Both the position numbers and the translations under genes were made by a program. The notes under the pieces are model-generated. The model was given only the letters and a program-made list of their open reading frames with translations. It did no database searches and was not told the origin of the DNA. A stretch of 32,000 nucleotides of DNA from Haloquadratum walsbyi C23. Lineage in GTDB: Archaea > Halobacteriota > Halobacteria > Halobacteriales > Haloferacaceae. The stretch covers positions 900,001 through 932,000 of the forward strand of contig NC_017459.1 in NCBI RefSeq assembly GCF_000237865.1, in the 5' to 3' direction. Of this stretch, positions 1 through 8,582 are shown in pieces (the first letter of the stretch is position 1; each line of letters starts with the position of its first letter).

Positions 1-22
1 TTGTTGACGTCGGTCCGTACGG

Positions 23-403
23 CTATTCCGATACCGGTTCAATCAGTTCGACAGCGTGACCATCTGGATCCTCGATGAACGCAGTGTATGCGCCCGCTGC
101 GGGTTGTGGACCAGGTTCAGCGACGATACCGTAGTGATCAACTTGTTTGATCGTTTCATCAACATCATCAACGCCAAGCGCCAAATGATCCCAACCGGTA
201 CCCATTTCAAATGTTGTTTCACCTGTTGTCTCTGAAAGTTGTAATTCAACGCCGTTGGTATCAACAACATAGTAGTTTGTTGTCTCTCCGTCCTCACTCG
301 TGAACTGCCAGGACTTCTCAAATCCAAATTGCTCATAGAATGCGATTGACTCTGCCGCATCGGCAACGTTCAGACAAGTGTGCAAGATTGTTGCATCAGA
401 CAT
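23..403 (-). CDS. VOC / glyoxalase I family protein
   Basis: 126-aa ORF of the size and pattern of single-domain vicinal-oxygen-chelate proteins: N-terminal 'HTCLNVADAAESIAFYEQFGF' and C-terminal 'WDHLALGVDDVDE...AFIEDPDGHAVELIE'. Family call is by motif recognition only. Confidence 0.85.
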   Translation of the reverse strand: MSDATILHTCLNVADAAESIAFYEQFGFEKSWQFTSEDGETTNYYVVDTNGVELQLSETTGETTFEMGTGWDHLALGVDDVDETIKQVDHYGIVAEPGPQPAAGAYTAFIEDPDGHAVELIEPVSE

Positions 404-577
404 CGTTTCTCATATCAATCCTTCACTGGAGTTACTTGAATAATCCGGTGTATGGCGGATGGTGTAGTCACCATCTATTGTTGATCACTAATATGACGTC
501 CTCTAACCTGTATGAGTTGAGTGATATCAACAATAATTTGTATTTGAGACTAGAGTTATGATCGTTAGTCAATTATT

Positions 578-1306
578 ATGAAGCATGCTCGTTTACAAAC
601 CCCAGCGGGCATTGTCAGTGGTCGTTATCATAACGATACTGTGAATGCTCCTGATGGGACATATACTGTCGGTCGTGATGGTCAATTAGCGGTTCCATGT
701 ATACCATCCGCATTGTATTGCGTTGGTCGAAATTTCACTGCGACACTTGATCAAATGGATTATGACCGTCCTTCAGTCCCAGACTTTTTTATTAAGCCAC
801 CTGCTGCGCTCATCGGTCCAGCACAGCCGATTCGATATCCAAAATGGAGTGATAAGTTAACTTACGCTGGTGAACTTGCAGCTGTTATTGATACCCGATG
901 TCGTGACATCGAACAATCATCCGTCCCAAATATCATTCGTGGCTATACAATCTTGAATGATATCGATGCGCTTGATCAGGAAGGTCGAACAGCGCGAAAA
1001 GCATTCGATACATCCGCCCCACTCGGACCGTGGATTGAAACTGATGCTGACCCCTACGACATGTCAATGGAGACAATAATTAATGGGGAAACAAGGCAAT
1101 CAGCGACAACAAAGCAGATGATATTTGATCCATATGAAATCGTCTCATTTCTCTCCCGACGCTTCACACTTCAACCGGGGGATGTCATCTCCTTTGGAAG
1201 TCCAGCAAATCCAGGCACGATTGAGCCAGGTGATAATATCACAATTACATATGATGGTGTCGGAACACTGGAAAATCATGTGATTGAGCCAGCGGATGTT
1301 TCTTAA
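578..1306 (+). CDS. Fumarylacetoacetate hydrolase (FAH) family protein
   Basis: 242-aa ORF with FAH-fold signatures: 'CVGRNF', 'PDFFIKPPAALIGP', 'YAGELAAVI', 'GYTILNDIDA', 'GDVISFGSPANPG'. Substrate not assignable. Confidence 0.9.
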   Translation: MKHARLQTPAGIVSGRYHNDTVNAPDGTYTVGRDGQLAVPCIPSALYCVGRNFTATLDQMDYDRPSVPDFFIKPPAALIGPAQPIRYPKWSDKLTYAGELAAVIDTRCRDIEQSSVPNIIRGYTILNDIDALDQEGRTARKAFDTSAPLGPWIETDADPYDMSMETIINGETRQSATTKQMIFDPYEIVSFLSRRFTLQPGDVISFGSPANPGTIEPGDNITITYDGVGTLENHVIEPADVS

Positions 1307-1383
1307 AATATGAGAGATATGATACAAAACGAATACGCATGATATAGCTACTTTCGGTAGTTCTATCTGCTGTTTATAGAAGG

Positions 1384-1700
1384 CGAGGGAATACCTGCGG
1401 CTGAAGCCGCAACATGAATCGATGCTATGCCCGACTGCTGTAAACATACCAAAGTAATTTTAATTCCGCCGAAGTCTGCCAGACTCCCCGAGGCACAAAC
1501 AACTCTAAAGGGTTTCAACATGGCTGAGGCTAGGAGTACCATGGCTGAGATGTGGCACTCCCAGTAGTCCCACTCTCCCCGCCACAGTCCGTGTGAACCC
1601 CGGATGGATTCTCACCATGATACTTGATGGGACTGCAACCCTGAAATCTCCACCACTCATGCTTCGGATTCCTCCACATTTACGCTGAGGACAATGTCAA
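1384..1700 (-). mobile_element. Orphan IS1341-type (TnpB) 3'-end relic, omega-RNA-like scaffold with no tnpB
   Basis: No credible ORF. On the minus strand it carries a 'ttgaaacc' box, also present at 3904-3911 downstream of the TnpB pseudogene. It carries a 'gtgcctcgggga' box (rc of 1484-1496) resembling the repeats at 9598 and 29869. It ends in the GC hairpin GCGGC-TTCA-GCCGC (1397-1410) followed by 'aggtattccc', like the hairpin at 30086-30123. Boundaries are approximate. Confidence 0.4.
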
Positions 1701-1760
1701 TTTTGCTTCTTCTTTCGCCGGGTCGGATACGCACAAGTAGCTCCGCGTATATGAGCGAAT

Positions 1761-2066
1761 ATGAATGATGCTGAGGATGATTCGTTGACATGGACAGATG
1801 TTATTGATGCGACCATCGATGAGGAAGTCTCCCGGGATGAGGCGATTCAACTGACCGCCGAAGACCTTGCCGTCGATATTCCAATACACTTTGATGTCGA
1901 TACAGATGCAGATGTAGATGTAGATGCGGATGCGGATGTGATGTCTGAGAAATCCCCTCCCGATCATGACCGAGCACGATGGCGATTCGATGGTACACTG
2001 AATGTTACTGTTGAGGGTGTTCGCGGACCTCTTGCTGAGTGGCTTCGACTCTGGACCCGCGAATGA
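1761..2066 (+). CDS. Hypothetical small acidic protein with an internal D-[VAT] repeat
   Basis: 101-aa ORF with acidic composition typical of haloarchaeal proteins. The C-terminal part 'RARWRFDGTLNVTVEGVRGPLAEWLRLW' looks folded. I recognise no family. Confidence 0.5.
   Translation: MNDAEDDSLTWTDVIDATIDEEVSRDEAIQLTAEDLAVDIPIHFDVDTDADVDVDADADVMSEKSPPDHDRARWRFDGTLNVTVEGVRGPLAEWLRLWTRE
1893..1940 (+). repeat. Eight tandem GATGYN/GATACA hexamers inside the 1761..2066 ORF
   Basis: Direct reading gives gatgtc gataca gatgca gatgta gatgta gatgcg gatgcg gatgtg, encoding DVDTDADVDVDADADV. Confidence 0.9.
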
Positions 2067-2249
2067 TGATATCGTATTAATACATCAAGAGTTATTCTCA
2101 GTGCACTCTCAACACTTGACGTTAAAATTCACATCCCGGTTCTGGTATCAATAGCTCTTAAGAATATCCGAGCTGCATTAATATGCAATCCATGGTTGGG
2201 ATTAATACATTGTTTTTATAACACGTTTCTTCTTGGGTGTGACGTTATT

Positions 2250-2732
2250 TTATCGTTCAGCGGTAACTTCCGTTTCAGTGTTTGGGTCAGACCCAGAGTT
2301 AGATCCCTTCTTGGGGTCAGAACCAGGTCCAGACTCAGGACCCGACTGAGTGTTTGCATTTTCTGCGTATTTTTCCTCAAACTCTCGAATCAATTGCCCC
2401 ATCTTCGCATACCAATCATTCAGCAATCGTTGCATTCCGTTTGCAATTTCATCTGGGTTGGTTGCTGAATATACATGGTAGTAGCCGCCTTGGTCATAAT
2501 TGATCTGCTCTTTTTTGATAAATCCAGCCTGGAGAAGTCGTTGAATTGACCGATAGGCGGTCGACCGTTCTCGATCTACGACTTCAGCAATCTCATCAAC
2601 AGTCAGTGGTTCTTTGGATTGGGTTAATACCCGAAAGCATTGCTTATCGAGTCGTTTAAGCCCATGAAAACACTCCAATAGGCTTTCACACTGCATATCT
2701 TGACGAAGTTGTTCCGACATCGGAGCGGGCAT
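2250..2732 (-). CDS. TrmB/MarR-like winged-helix transcription regulator
   Basis: 160-aa ORF. The wHTH core is 'LDKQCFRVLTQSKEPLTVDEIAEVVDRERSTAYRSIQRLLQAGFIKKEQ', followed by a helical region and a low-complexity G/S/D/P tail. Confidence 0.8.
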   Translation of the reverse strand: MPAPMSEQLRQDMQCESLLECFHGLKRLDKQCFRVLTQSKEPLTVDEIAEVVDRERSTAYRSIQRLLQAGFIKKEQINYDQGGYYHVYSATNPDEIANGMQRLLNDWYAKMGQLIREFEEKYAENANTQSGPESGPGSDPKKGSNSGSDPNTETEVTAER

Positions 2733-2993
2733 TCGTTATTTTAATGAATCACTCGTGTTAATAAAAGACTTGTGCGGATGATGTACAAGCAGGTTGTTAC
2801 CGGTTAATATCGGTCATTAACGAGTAAATATCATCCATAGCGCTCACGCCATATCACCATCTGTAGGGGACGGGATAATAAATAAACACTATCTTTAATC
2901 AGTGAGAGAATCCCACCGTTTACCACGGGCGTGAATCGTGTCACTTGATTACCCTAACAACGTGTGACGGCTCTGTGAATAGCCCTCCGTGAT

Positions 2994-3746
2994 ATGAACC
3001 CTAAGGTACGAGAAAACGTACTGAAAAACAGATGCAAGTGGACATCCATATCGAATGTGGAAGCGATCTCCGCAAACTACGAGATGGAAGCAAATTACTC
3101 ATATTCGACTACAAATGACGATGTGACACTCGTCGGGTTCGACGTGGGTGAGTCGAAACTCTTGATGCGCTGTGCCCTCTGAGACGAGATACTCGTTGAC
3201 CCGTTGTTCGTGGATAGTGGTCGCGTCCGACACCTCCGACAGAAACAAGCTAGTGCTGAAGACCGGTTGAGACCACGATGTGCGTTGAACCTCTTGACTG
3301 ATCTCATGTGGGTCAATAACAAGACACTATCGAAGACGAAATCGAGAAAGCCTCACATCGTGCCGTCGGATACGCCTCCCAGTTCGAGAACTCGGTTATC
3401 ATCCTCGAATACCTCGACGGTATCACCGACGAGTACATTGGAAAGCACTCGGATCGACGTCTCGGCAAGTGACCGTTCTCCCGCTTGCAGTCACAAATTG
3501 AAGAGAAGGCAGCGAAACACGGGATTACTGTGGAATACGTGTATGTGTACGTGCATCCGCACCACACATCAAAGATGTGCTATGCGTGTTAACATTGGGT
3601 ATCGACCGCATCAGGGTACGTTCAAGTGTACGAACGGTTCGTGTTGGGTGTCGGAATATCAAGCAGATCTGAACGCAGCAGCGAACAGAGCCAACTGGCT
3701 CAATCCGGTGGGGAGAGAGCCTGCCTTGGGGATCTGCAGGCGATGA
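2994..3746 (+). pseudogene. tnpB: Decayed, 5'-truncated IS200/IS605-family TnpB (IS1341-type)
   Basis: TnpB blocks are spread over more than one frame. The RuvC-I-like 'VGFDVGESKLL' is followed by an in-frame TGA at 3180-3182. The block 'IEKASHRAVGYASQFENSVIILEYLDGI...RRLGK*PFSRLQSQIEEKAAKHGITVEYV...HTSKMC' contains another in-frame stop. The zinc-finger/RuvC-III block 'GTFKCTNGSCWVSEYQADLNAAANRA' lies in the 3204..3746 frame. Only about 60 codons precede RuvC-I, so the N-terminal part is missing. Confidence 0.8.
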
Positions 3747-3980
3747 CTCGCCACAGAGCGGGGGTCAGTGGCAGGTCCACCAAGACACGTTACCGAGTGA
3801 GAAACTCCCGTCTGAGAGGCGGGCTTCCAGTGACAAGGGTTCGTCTAGCTCACCAGCGGCGGGAGCGAGGACGGAACCGGAGACCGGTAATGCGGACACG
3901 TCTTGAAACCTCAATTCAGCATCTTGTTGAGATTCCACCTGCGGTGGAAGCCCCGGCGTTCAGGCTGGGCGAGGATATCA
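3747..3980 (+). ncRNA. Candidate omega-RNA / right-end region of the decayed TnpB element
   Basis: A G+C-rich stretch immediately 3' of the tnpB remnant; I counted 37 G+C in the 60 nt at 3741-3800. It contains the 'ttgaaacc' box at 3904-3911, then a hairpin at 3951-3970 (ccccggcg-ttcagg-ctgggc) followed by 'gaggatatca' (3971-3980). The Arg-rich ORF 3626..4123 is best explained as translation of this GC-rich non-coding sequence. The 5' limit probably lies inside the tnpB 3' end. Confidence 0.4.
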
Positions 3981-4269
3981 CCAGACTCAATCTGCGTTTG
4001 TATTTATCAACCGCCTGGGGTCACATTATAGCTCGGCATCTACTCTGGTTAACCTCTGACGATCGATATTACTGTCATCACAATCACCATCACAGATATA
4101 AACAATCCAATGTGATAACATGAGCTCCCTCCATGTCGCAGTCTCAATCTAGCCAAGAGGAACGGAGTAACTCAAAAAAGTTCACGCAAAATATACTAAT
4201 AGGCAAATAAATCACAAACAGTTGCTATTACAACGGACGACTTTTCACCATGCCTATCGAAATTACAAT

Positions 4270-4554
4270 GTGAGTGAAGAATCAGGGCGCCGGAATCTCC
4301 GGATGCCAAGCGATGATGAGATGTTTGCGGTTGTTGTCGAACACAATGGTGGTAATCATGTCCGTGTTCGCTGTCAGGATGGCGAAAATCGCATGGGTCG
4401 GATTCCTGGGCGAATGAAATATCGAACATGGATTAATGAGGGGGACGTCGTCCTTGTTGAACCATGGGCATGGCAGGATGAAAAAGCAAATATTGAGTGG
4501 CGCTACTCAGAACAAGACGCCGAACAACTCCGCACTGAAGGTCATATTAAATAG
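4270..4554 (+). CDS. eif1a: Translation initiation factor aIF-1A
   Basis: S1/OB-fold aIF-1A signature: '[65 protein letters not shown]'. I place the start at GTG 4270 (VSEESGRR...), giving the usual length of about 94 aa. The track ORF start at 4222 adds an implausible N-terminus. Confidence 0.9.
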   Translation: MSEESGRRNLRMPSDDEMFAVVVEHNGGNHVRVRCQDGENRMGRIPGRMKYRTWINEGDVVLVEPWAWQDEKANIEWRYSEQDAEQLRTEGHIK

Positions 4555-4723
4555 CGTAGAGTATTTGCGGACCATGCCGCGTTATCACGCAATATGATAT
4601 AGTACAGTGTAATATCAATTCAGGTTACGCATACACCCATGTCTCACCTCAGATTAACTGTGCTACGTCGATGAACACCTTTCGCTCTAAGACAGATAGC
4701 ATAACTGTAGAAAATAGAATATT

Positions 4724-4754
4724 AAGCTTCGTTCCTCAGGGTGAGGAGGATGTC
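4724..4754 (+). repeat. Solo IS1341-type terminal hairpin motif
   Basis: 'aagcttcgttCCTCAgggTGAGGaggatgtc' is a hairpin followed by GAGGATGTCA. The same tail type follows the hairpins ending the two tnpB remnants (3971-3980 gaggatatca; rc of 30227-30236 gagagtatca). An exact 13-mer match occurs at rc 20589-20601. Confidence 0.35.
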
Positions 4755-4863
4755 AGGTTATGAACTAGTTATAGGAAAACCTGTGTATTGATATAGAGAC
4801 TATTGACTAATTTTGCTATAATTGCCTGAGTACTGTCCATATCACATCACAATGACAGGTCAA

Positions 4864-6237
4864 CTACTGTGATAGCATTTCCTCGACATGAGAGATGATA
4901 CTCGCGTCAAACCGGTCACGATTAAACCGATTACGTGGCAACTGCGGACGCTCGTCCGTCATAATCGCCGTATCAATTTTCATTACAGCGTCCTCAAATG
5001 AGTCAAATAATCGATTATTCTGTCTATCAAGAACATCAACTTGTCCTCCACTGGCTGGAGCGAACGCAACCATCCCTGCAGCGACATACTCAGCAACAGA
5101 GAGACCAAAATGCTCTCGCGGTTTCAGATTAAGCCCATATTTGTGAGTACAAAGCAGTGTCTCCAATCGACTTCGTGGAATATCTTCTTCAACACTCACA
5201 TATGACCGATCCGCCGCCTTTGTAGTAACTGTTGCTGCGTAATCTCGATATGCATCAGGCGCAGTCCCAACAATGTGAAGATGTAAATCATGTCCTTGAC
5301 TTCGGACAGCGTCGACGATTGAAATCGCGTCTAGTGGACGCTTGTCCGGAGCTAATCGACCGACGACAACAACGCCATCTTCTCTTTCATCCCAAGAGCG
5401 CCCACCATATATTGGATCCACCGGTGGGTGACAAACAACCGGGTCGATATTATATCTGTTTGCAATGACAGCGGCTGTCCAGGTTGAATTCGCCAAAAAC
5501 GTTGCCGGGGCAGTCTGCGTAGAGTTCGAGACAGACATCCCATCTTCGGGGGCAGCCAGTCGTGTCCATATCTGATTCAAATAACCACTGTTACCAGCGG
5601 TATTATTATCGGGATTATCATATTCCACATCCTCGAGACGGTCATCCAGATCAGGCTTGTCTTGTTCTGTTTTTTTCTTAAATTGCGCTTGAGACGTGGG
5701 TGCGGTCTGTTCTGCGCTCTCAATTCCTGTCTCTTGGAGAGTTGAATTACTTTCTGATGATGATGACATATCAACATCATATTGACCGTGTGAATTGGAT
5801 TTCATTTGGACGTGATCATCGATCGTACGTCTCTCATTCGTGTTGGCGCGAAACTGCGGATAGTGAATATACTGCACTGAAGGGAGTGGTAATGAAAACT
5901 CATTTGCTGTGCTTACTGCAATATCGTATTCATTTGTAATCTGAAGAAAAAACTGTCTCAGTACTGCACTCCTGAATGGTAGTTGTGATCCGATAATTGG
6001 AGCAGCCCCTGCAAGCGCACGAGCGAACAAGGTTCCTCCTGGTGGTGTCACAATACTCAACTCATCAGTATCAAGATCGATATCGAATCGATCGGCAAGT
6101 GTTGATGGACTCGTTACAGAACATGTAATCAACGAAACTGCATGAGAATCCTGCAGCGCATCGCAAACCGCTAGACAAACTGCGTCTGCGCCGCCATGGA
6201 AGTCAAGCGTATTGTGGAGGACGGCAATCTCCGCCAT
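4864..6237 (-). CDS. GT4-family (GT-B fold) glycosyltransferase with a large low-complexity insertion
   Basis: 457-aa ORF. The N-terminal 'IAVLHNTLDFHGGADAV' and the C-terminal E-x7-E motif 'EHFGLSVAEYVAAG' are typical of retaining GT4 enzymes, with ALG11-like N-terminal architecture. Residues about 131-215 are polar, acidic and low-complexity. Confidence 0.85.
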   Translation of the reverse strand: MAEIAVLHNTLDFHGGADAVCLAVCDALQDSHAVSLITCSVTSPSTLADRFDIDLDTDELSIVTPPGGTLFARALAGAAPIIGSQLPFRSAVLRQFFLQITNEYDIAVSTANEFSLPLPSVQYIHYPQFRANTNERRTIDDHVQMKSNSHGQYDVDMSSSSESNSTLQETGIESAEQTAPTSQAQFKKKTEQDKPDLDDRLEDVEYDNPDNNTAGNSGYLNQIWTRLAAPEDGMSVSNSTQTAPATFLANSTWTAAVIANRYNIDPVVCHPPVDPIYGGRSWDEREDGVVVVGRLAPDKRPLDAISIVDAVRSQGHDLHLHIVGTAPDAYRDYAATVTTKAADRSYVSVEEDIPRSRLETLLCTHKYGLNLKPREHFGLSVAEYVAAGMVAFAPASGGQVDVLDRQNNRLFDSFEDAVMKIDTAIMTDERPQLPRNRFNRDRFDASIISHVEEMLSQ

Positions 6238-6554
6238 ATTCGCATTTTAACCGGGATATGTATATCACTTGGTGATGACGATTGATATCGTTCGCCATCT
6301 GAAGACATGTGTATTTCTCTTGTACTTTATACTCGAAACTCGAAGATTATATCTCATGGAAATTGGACAGAGATAGAAATATGATATTAAAGATGATTTA
6401 TATAATTATCTGAGGAAAATAATACTCTATTTTGATGACCGGTTCTTCTTTTGTATACATCATAAGATGCACACGAGTCAGGATTCTACTAACAAAGCTC
6501 ACAATATAGGAAGAAATGTTCGCGTTTTTACCGTCTGAATCTAAATCACACTAG

Positions 6555-8582
6555 ATGCAATGTGCGTTTATCGGTGCTGGTGATGTCGTTGATTATTATC
6601 TTAATAACTTTGATTCGACTTCACTTGAGCTGACAGCGGTCTGTGACCATGATGGTGCCCGCGCGAGACATCTTGCAGCGTTAACTGATGCAACAGCTTA
6701 TACTGATCTTGAATCATTGCTATCGACCGAGTCAGCACCGCTTATTGTGAATCTTACGAGTCATCAAGCACATGCGGATGTCACACGCCAATGTTTAAAT
6801 GCCGATCGACATGTCTTTACTGAGAAACCGCTTGCACTGGACGCCGATACTGCAACAGCACTCGTTGATCTCGCCAAACAACGCGGAGTAGGTCTTGATT
6901 GTGCCCCGATTAACCATCGTGGACAAGCACAACAGCATATTGGATCACTCCTTGCTGATGATCAATTGAATCCAATTCGTGTCATATATGCTCACGCTCA
7001 TGCAGGTCGTGTCACAGAATGGCATGATAATCCAGAGTCATTCCTTGCCGTTGGTCCATTATACGACAGTGCTGTGTACCCACTTACATTACTTACCGCA
7101 TGGTTTGGTCCTGTTGAGACGGTTCGGACTGCAGATACAATTGATGTCTATCCATCACACGCTGAGTCAACCCCCGAACGCCCCGCACATGTTGAGGCGA
7201 CACTTACACTCGCTGCTGGACCGATTATTAGACTTACAACAAGCTTCTATACGCCACATCGGAGTCGTGAATTCAATTCGATTGAGCTCCATGGCGATGG
7301 TGGTTCAGTATATCTCAATGATTCCGGTTCGCTAACAGCTACTGCTCAAAGCGTCAGCGTCGGCGGTCACGGTCGATCATACGTCACTGCGCCACCGATC
7401 ACATCATCATCACAGAATCATTCACATATCTCTGGACCAGCACGTTTTGCACGGGCAATTGAACACGGAGATCGACCAGTGACAGGTGGTCAACGAGGTG
7501 CGCATATCGTTCGTGTCTGTAATGCAATTGAGCATGCGGCTGCAAATAATGTATCTGTATCACTCTCATCACCAGAACTGAGATGCACTGAGTCAAGAGA
7601 TGAATATGCATATGCCCGATCATCAAGAGCGCTTCGGCAGGATACATACACATCACAGTCACATACAAACCCAAAGAGTTCTGAGATGAATCTACAACGG
7701 GATAATAGTCATCGACTGCCACCTGTTGGCTTTGGATGTTCACGATACCGTAATGGGAGTTATATTGATCGTGTCGACTCTATCGCAACAGCAATTGACG
7801 CTGGCTATCGGCTATTTGACATGGCAGAACTGTATGGTAATGAATATCGTATCGGGTCATTGCTTGAGACACCAGGGACACCATCCCGTGATCAACTCGT
7901 GCTCATAAGTAAGGTCTGGAATACAAATCATGCACATATTGCAGAGGCATGTAATGGAACGCTCTCAGAACTCGGTATCGAGACGCTTGATTCATATCTC
8001 CTTCACTGGCCAGATGCATGGGCTTACCAGGGACCATTATCAAAACTTGCAACCCTCTCGCCAGAGCAACAAGAGGAGCGAACATTCCCGACTGATGCCT
8101 CCGGTAATCGCGCGTCTGCTGATGTCTCAATTGAATCTGCATGGCAACGGCTTGAAGAAGTCTGCCGCCGTGGACTCACACGCACAATCGGAATTTGTAA
8201 TATCTCTGCGATAGAACTTCAACGAATTCTTGATATTGCATCAATTCCCCCAGCAATTGTCCAAATTGAGTCACATCCATATCGACCGCGTAATGAACTG
8301 ATTGAAAAATGTCATATGAATGGTATTCGTGTGATTGCACATTCACCGTTGTCTGCTCCTGGATTACTCACAGAGCCGGTATTACAAACCATTGCAGATA
8401 CGCATGATGTTTCACCAGCAGCCATTGCAATATCGTATCACGTCGATAGGGGTGTTATCCCAATTCCTTCGAGCACGACAGCAAAACATATCTCAGCGAA
8501 TCTTGCAGCAGCGAATATCCAACTTAGTGATGAGGAACGAAGCAGGCTCCAGACACTTGCAGATACAGAGTTTGAACGATGA
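6555..8582 (+). CDS. Fusion protein: Gfo/Idh/MocA-family oxidoreductase (N) + aldo/keto reductase (C)
   Basis: A single uninterrupted 675-aa ORF. The N-terminal half has a Rossmann start 'FIGAGDVV' and the 'HVFTEKPLA' motif of Gfo/Idh/MocA enzymes. The C-terminal half, from 'LPPVGFGCSRY', has the aldo/keto reductase (AKR) tetrad context 'FDMAELYGNE', 'ISKVWNTNH', 'LLHWPDAW' and the tail 'IAHSPL...IPIPSSTTAKHISANL'. A roughly 50-aa polar linker joins them. Confidence 0.85.
   Translation: MQCAFIGAGDVVDYYLNNFDSTSLELTAVCDHDGARARHLAALTDATAYTDLESLLSTESAPLIVNLTSHQAHADVTRQCLNADRHVFTEKPLALDADTATALVDLAKQRGVGLDCAPINHRGQAQQHIGSLLADDQLNPIRVIYAHAHAGRVTEWHDNPESFLAVGPLYDSAVYPLTLLTAWFGPVETVRTADTIDVYPSHAESTPERPAHVEATLTLAAGPIIRLTTSFYTPHRSREFNSIELHGDGGSVYLNDSGSLTATAQSVSVGGHGRSYVTAPPITSSSQNHSHISGPARFARAIEHGDRPVTGGQRGAHIVRVCNAIEHAAANNVSVSLSSPELRCTESRDEYAYARSSRALRQDTYTSQSHTNPKSSEMNLQRDNSHRLPPVGFGCSRYRNGSYIDRVDSIATAIDAGYRLFDMAELYGNEYRIGSLLETPGTPSRDQLVLISKVWNTNHAHIAEACNGTLSELGIETLDSYLLHWPDAWAYQGPLSKLATLSPEQQEERTFPTDASGNRASADVSIESAWQRLEEVCRRGLTRTIGICNISAIELQRILDIASIPPAIVQIESHPYRPRNELIEKCHMNGIRVIAHSPLSAPGLLTEPVLQTIADTHDVSPAAIAISYHVDRGVIPIPSSTTAKHISANLAAANIQLSDEERSRLQTLADTEFER

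Noticed and set aside
1440-1700. Possible SRP (7S) RNA or RNase P RNA, because the stretch is ORF-less, structured and G+C-rich.
   Set aside because: I could not find the conserved RNase P P4 box (GAGGAAAGUCC-type) or the SRP helix-8 motifs on either strand. The shared boxes and terminal hairpin match the TnpB-associated 3' regions elsewhere in the window instead.
1893-1940. Short tandem repeats as a possible CRISPR array or minisatellite locus.
   Set aside because: The units are 6 nt, contiguous, without spacers, and in frame within an ORF. No repeat-spacer architecture exists anywhere in the window.
3626-4123. 165-aa ORF on the plus strand, and the 180-aa ORF at 3204..3746, as intact genes.
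   Set aside because: The 165-aa product is extremely Arg-rich with no acidic character, and it spans the GC-rich post-tnpB region. It is most simply a translation artefact of a structured non-coding sequence. The 180-aa ORF is only one frame-fragment of the disrupted tnpB.
4222-4269. Upstream start (4222) for aIF-1A.
   Set aside because: It adds '[16 protein letters not shown]', which is not part of aIF-1A proteins. GTG 4270 gives the usual N-terminus ([12 protein letters not shown]) and length.
4724-4754. The hairpin downstream of aIF-1A as an intrinsic terminator.
   Set aside because: It lies about 170 nt past the stop and is not followed by a T-tract, which is the main archaeal termination signal. 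Its tail matches the IS right-end motif, so an IS relic is the better explanation.
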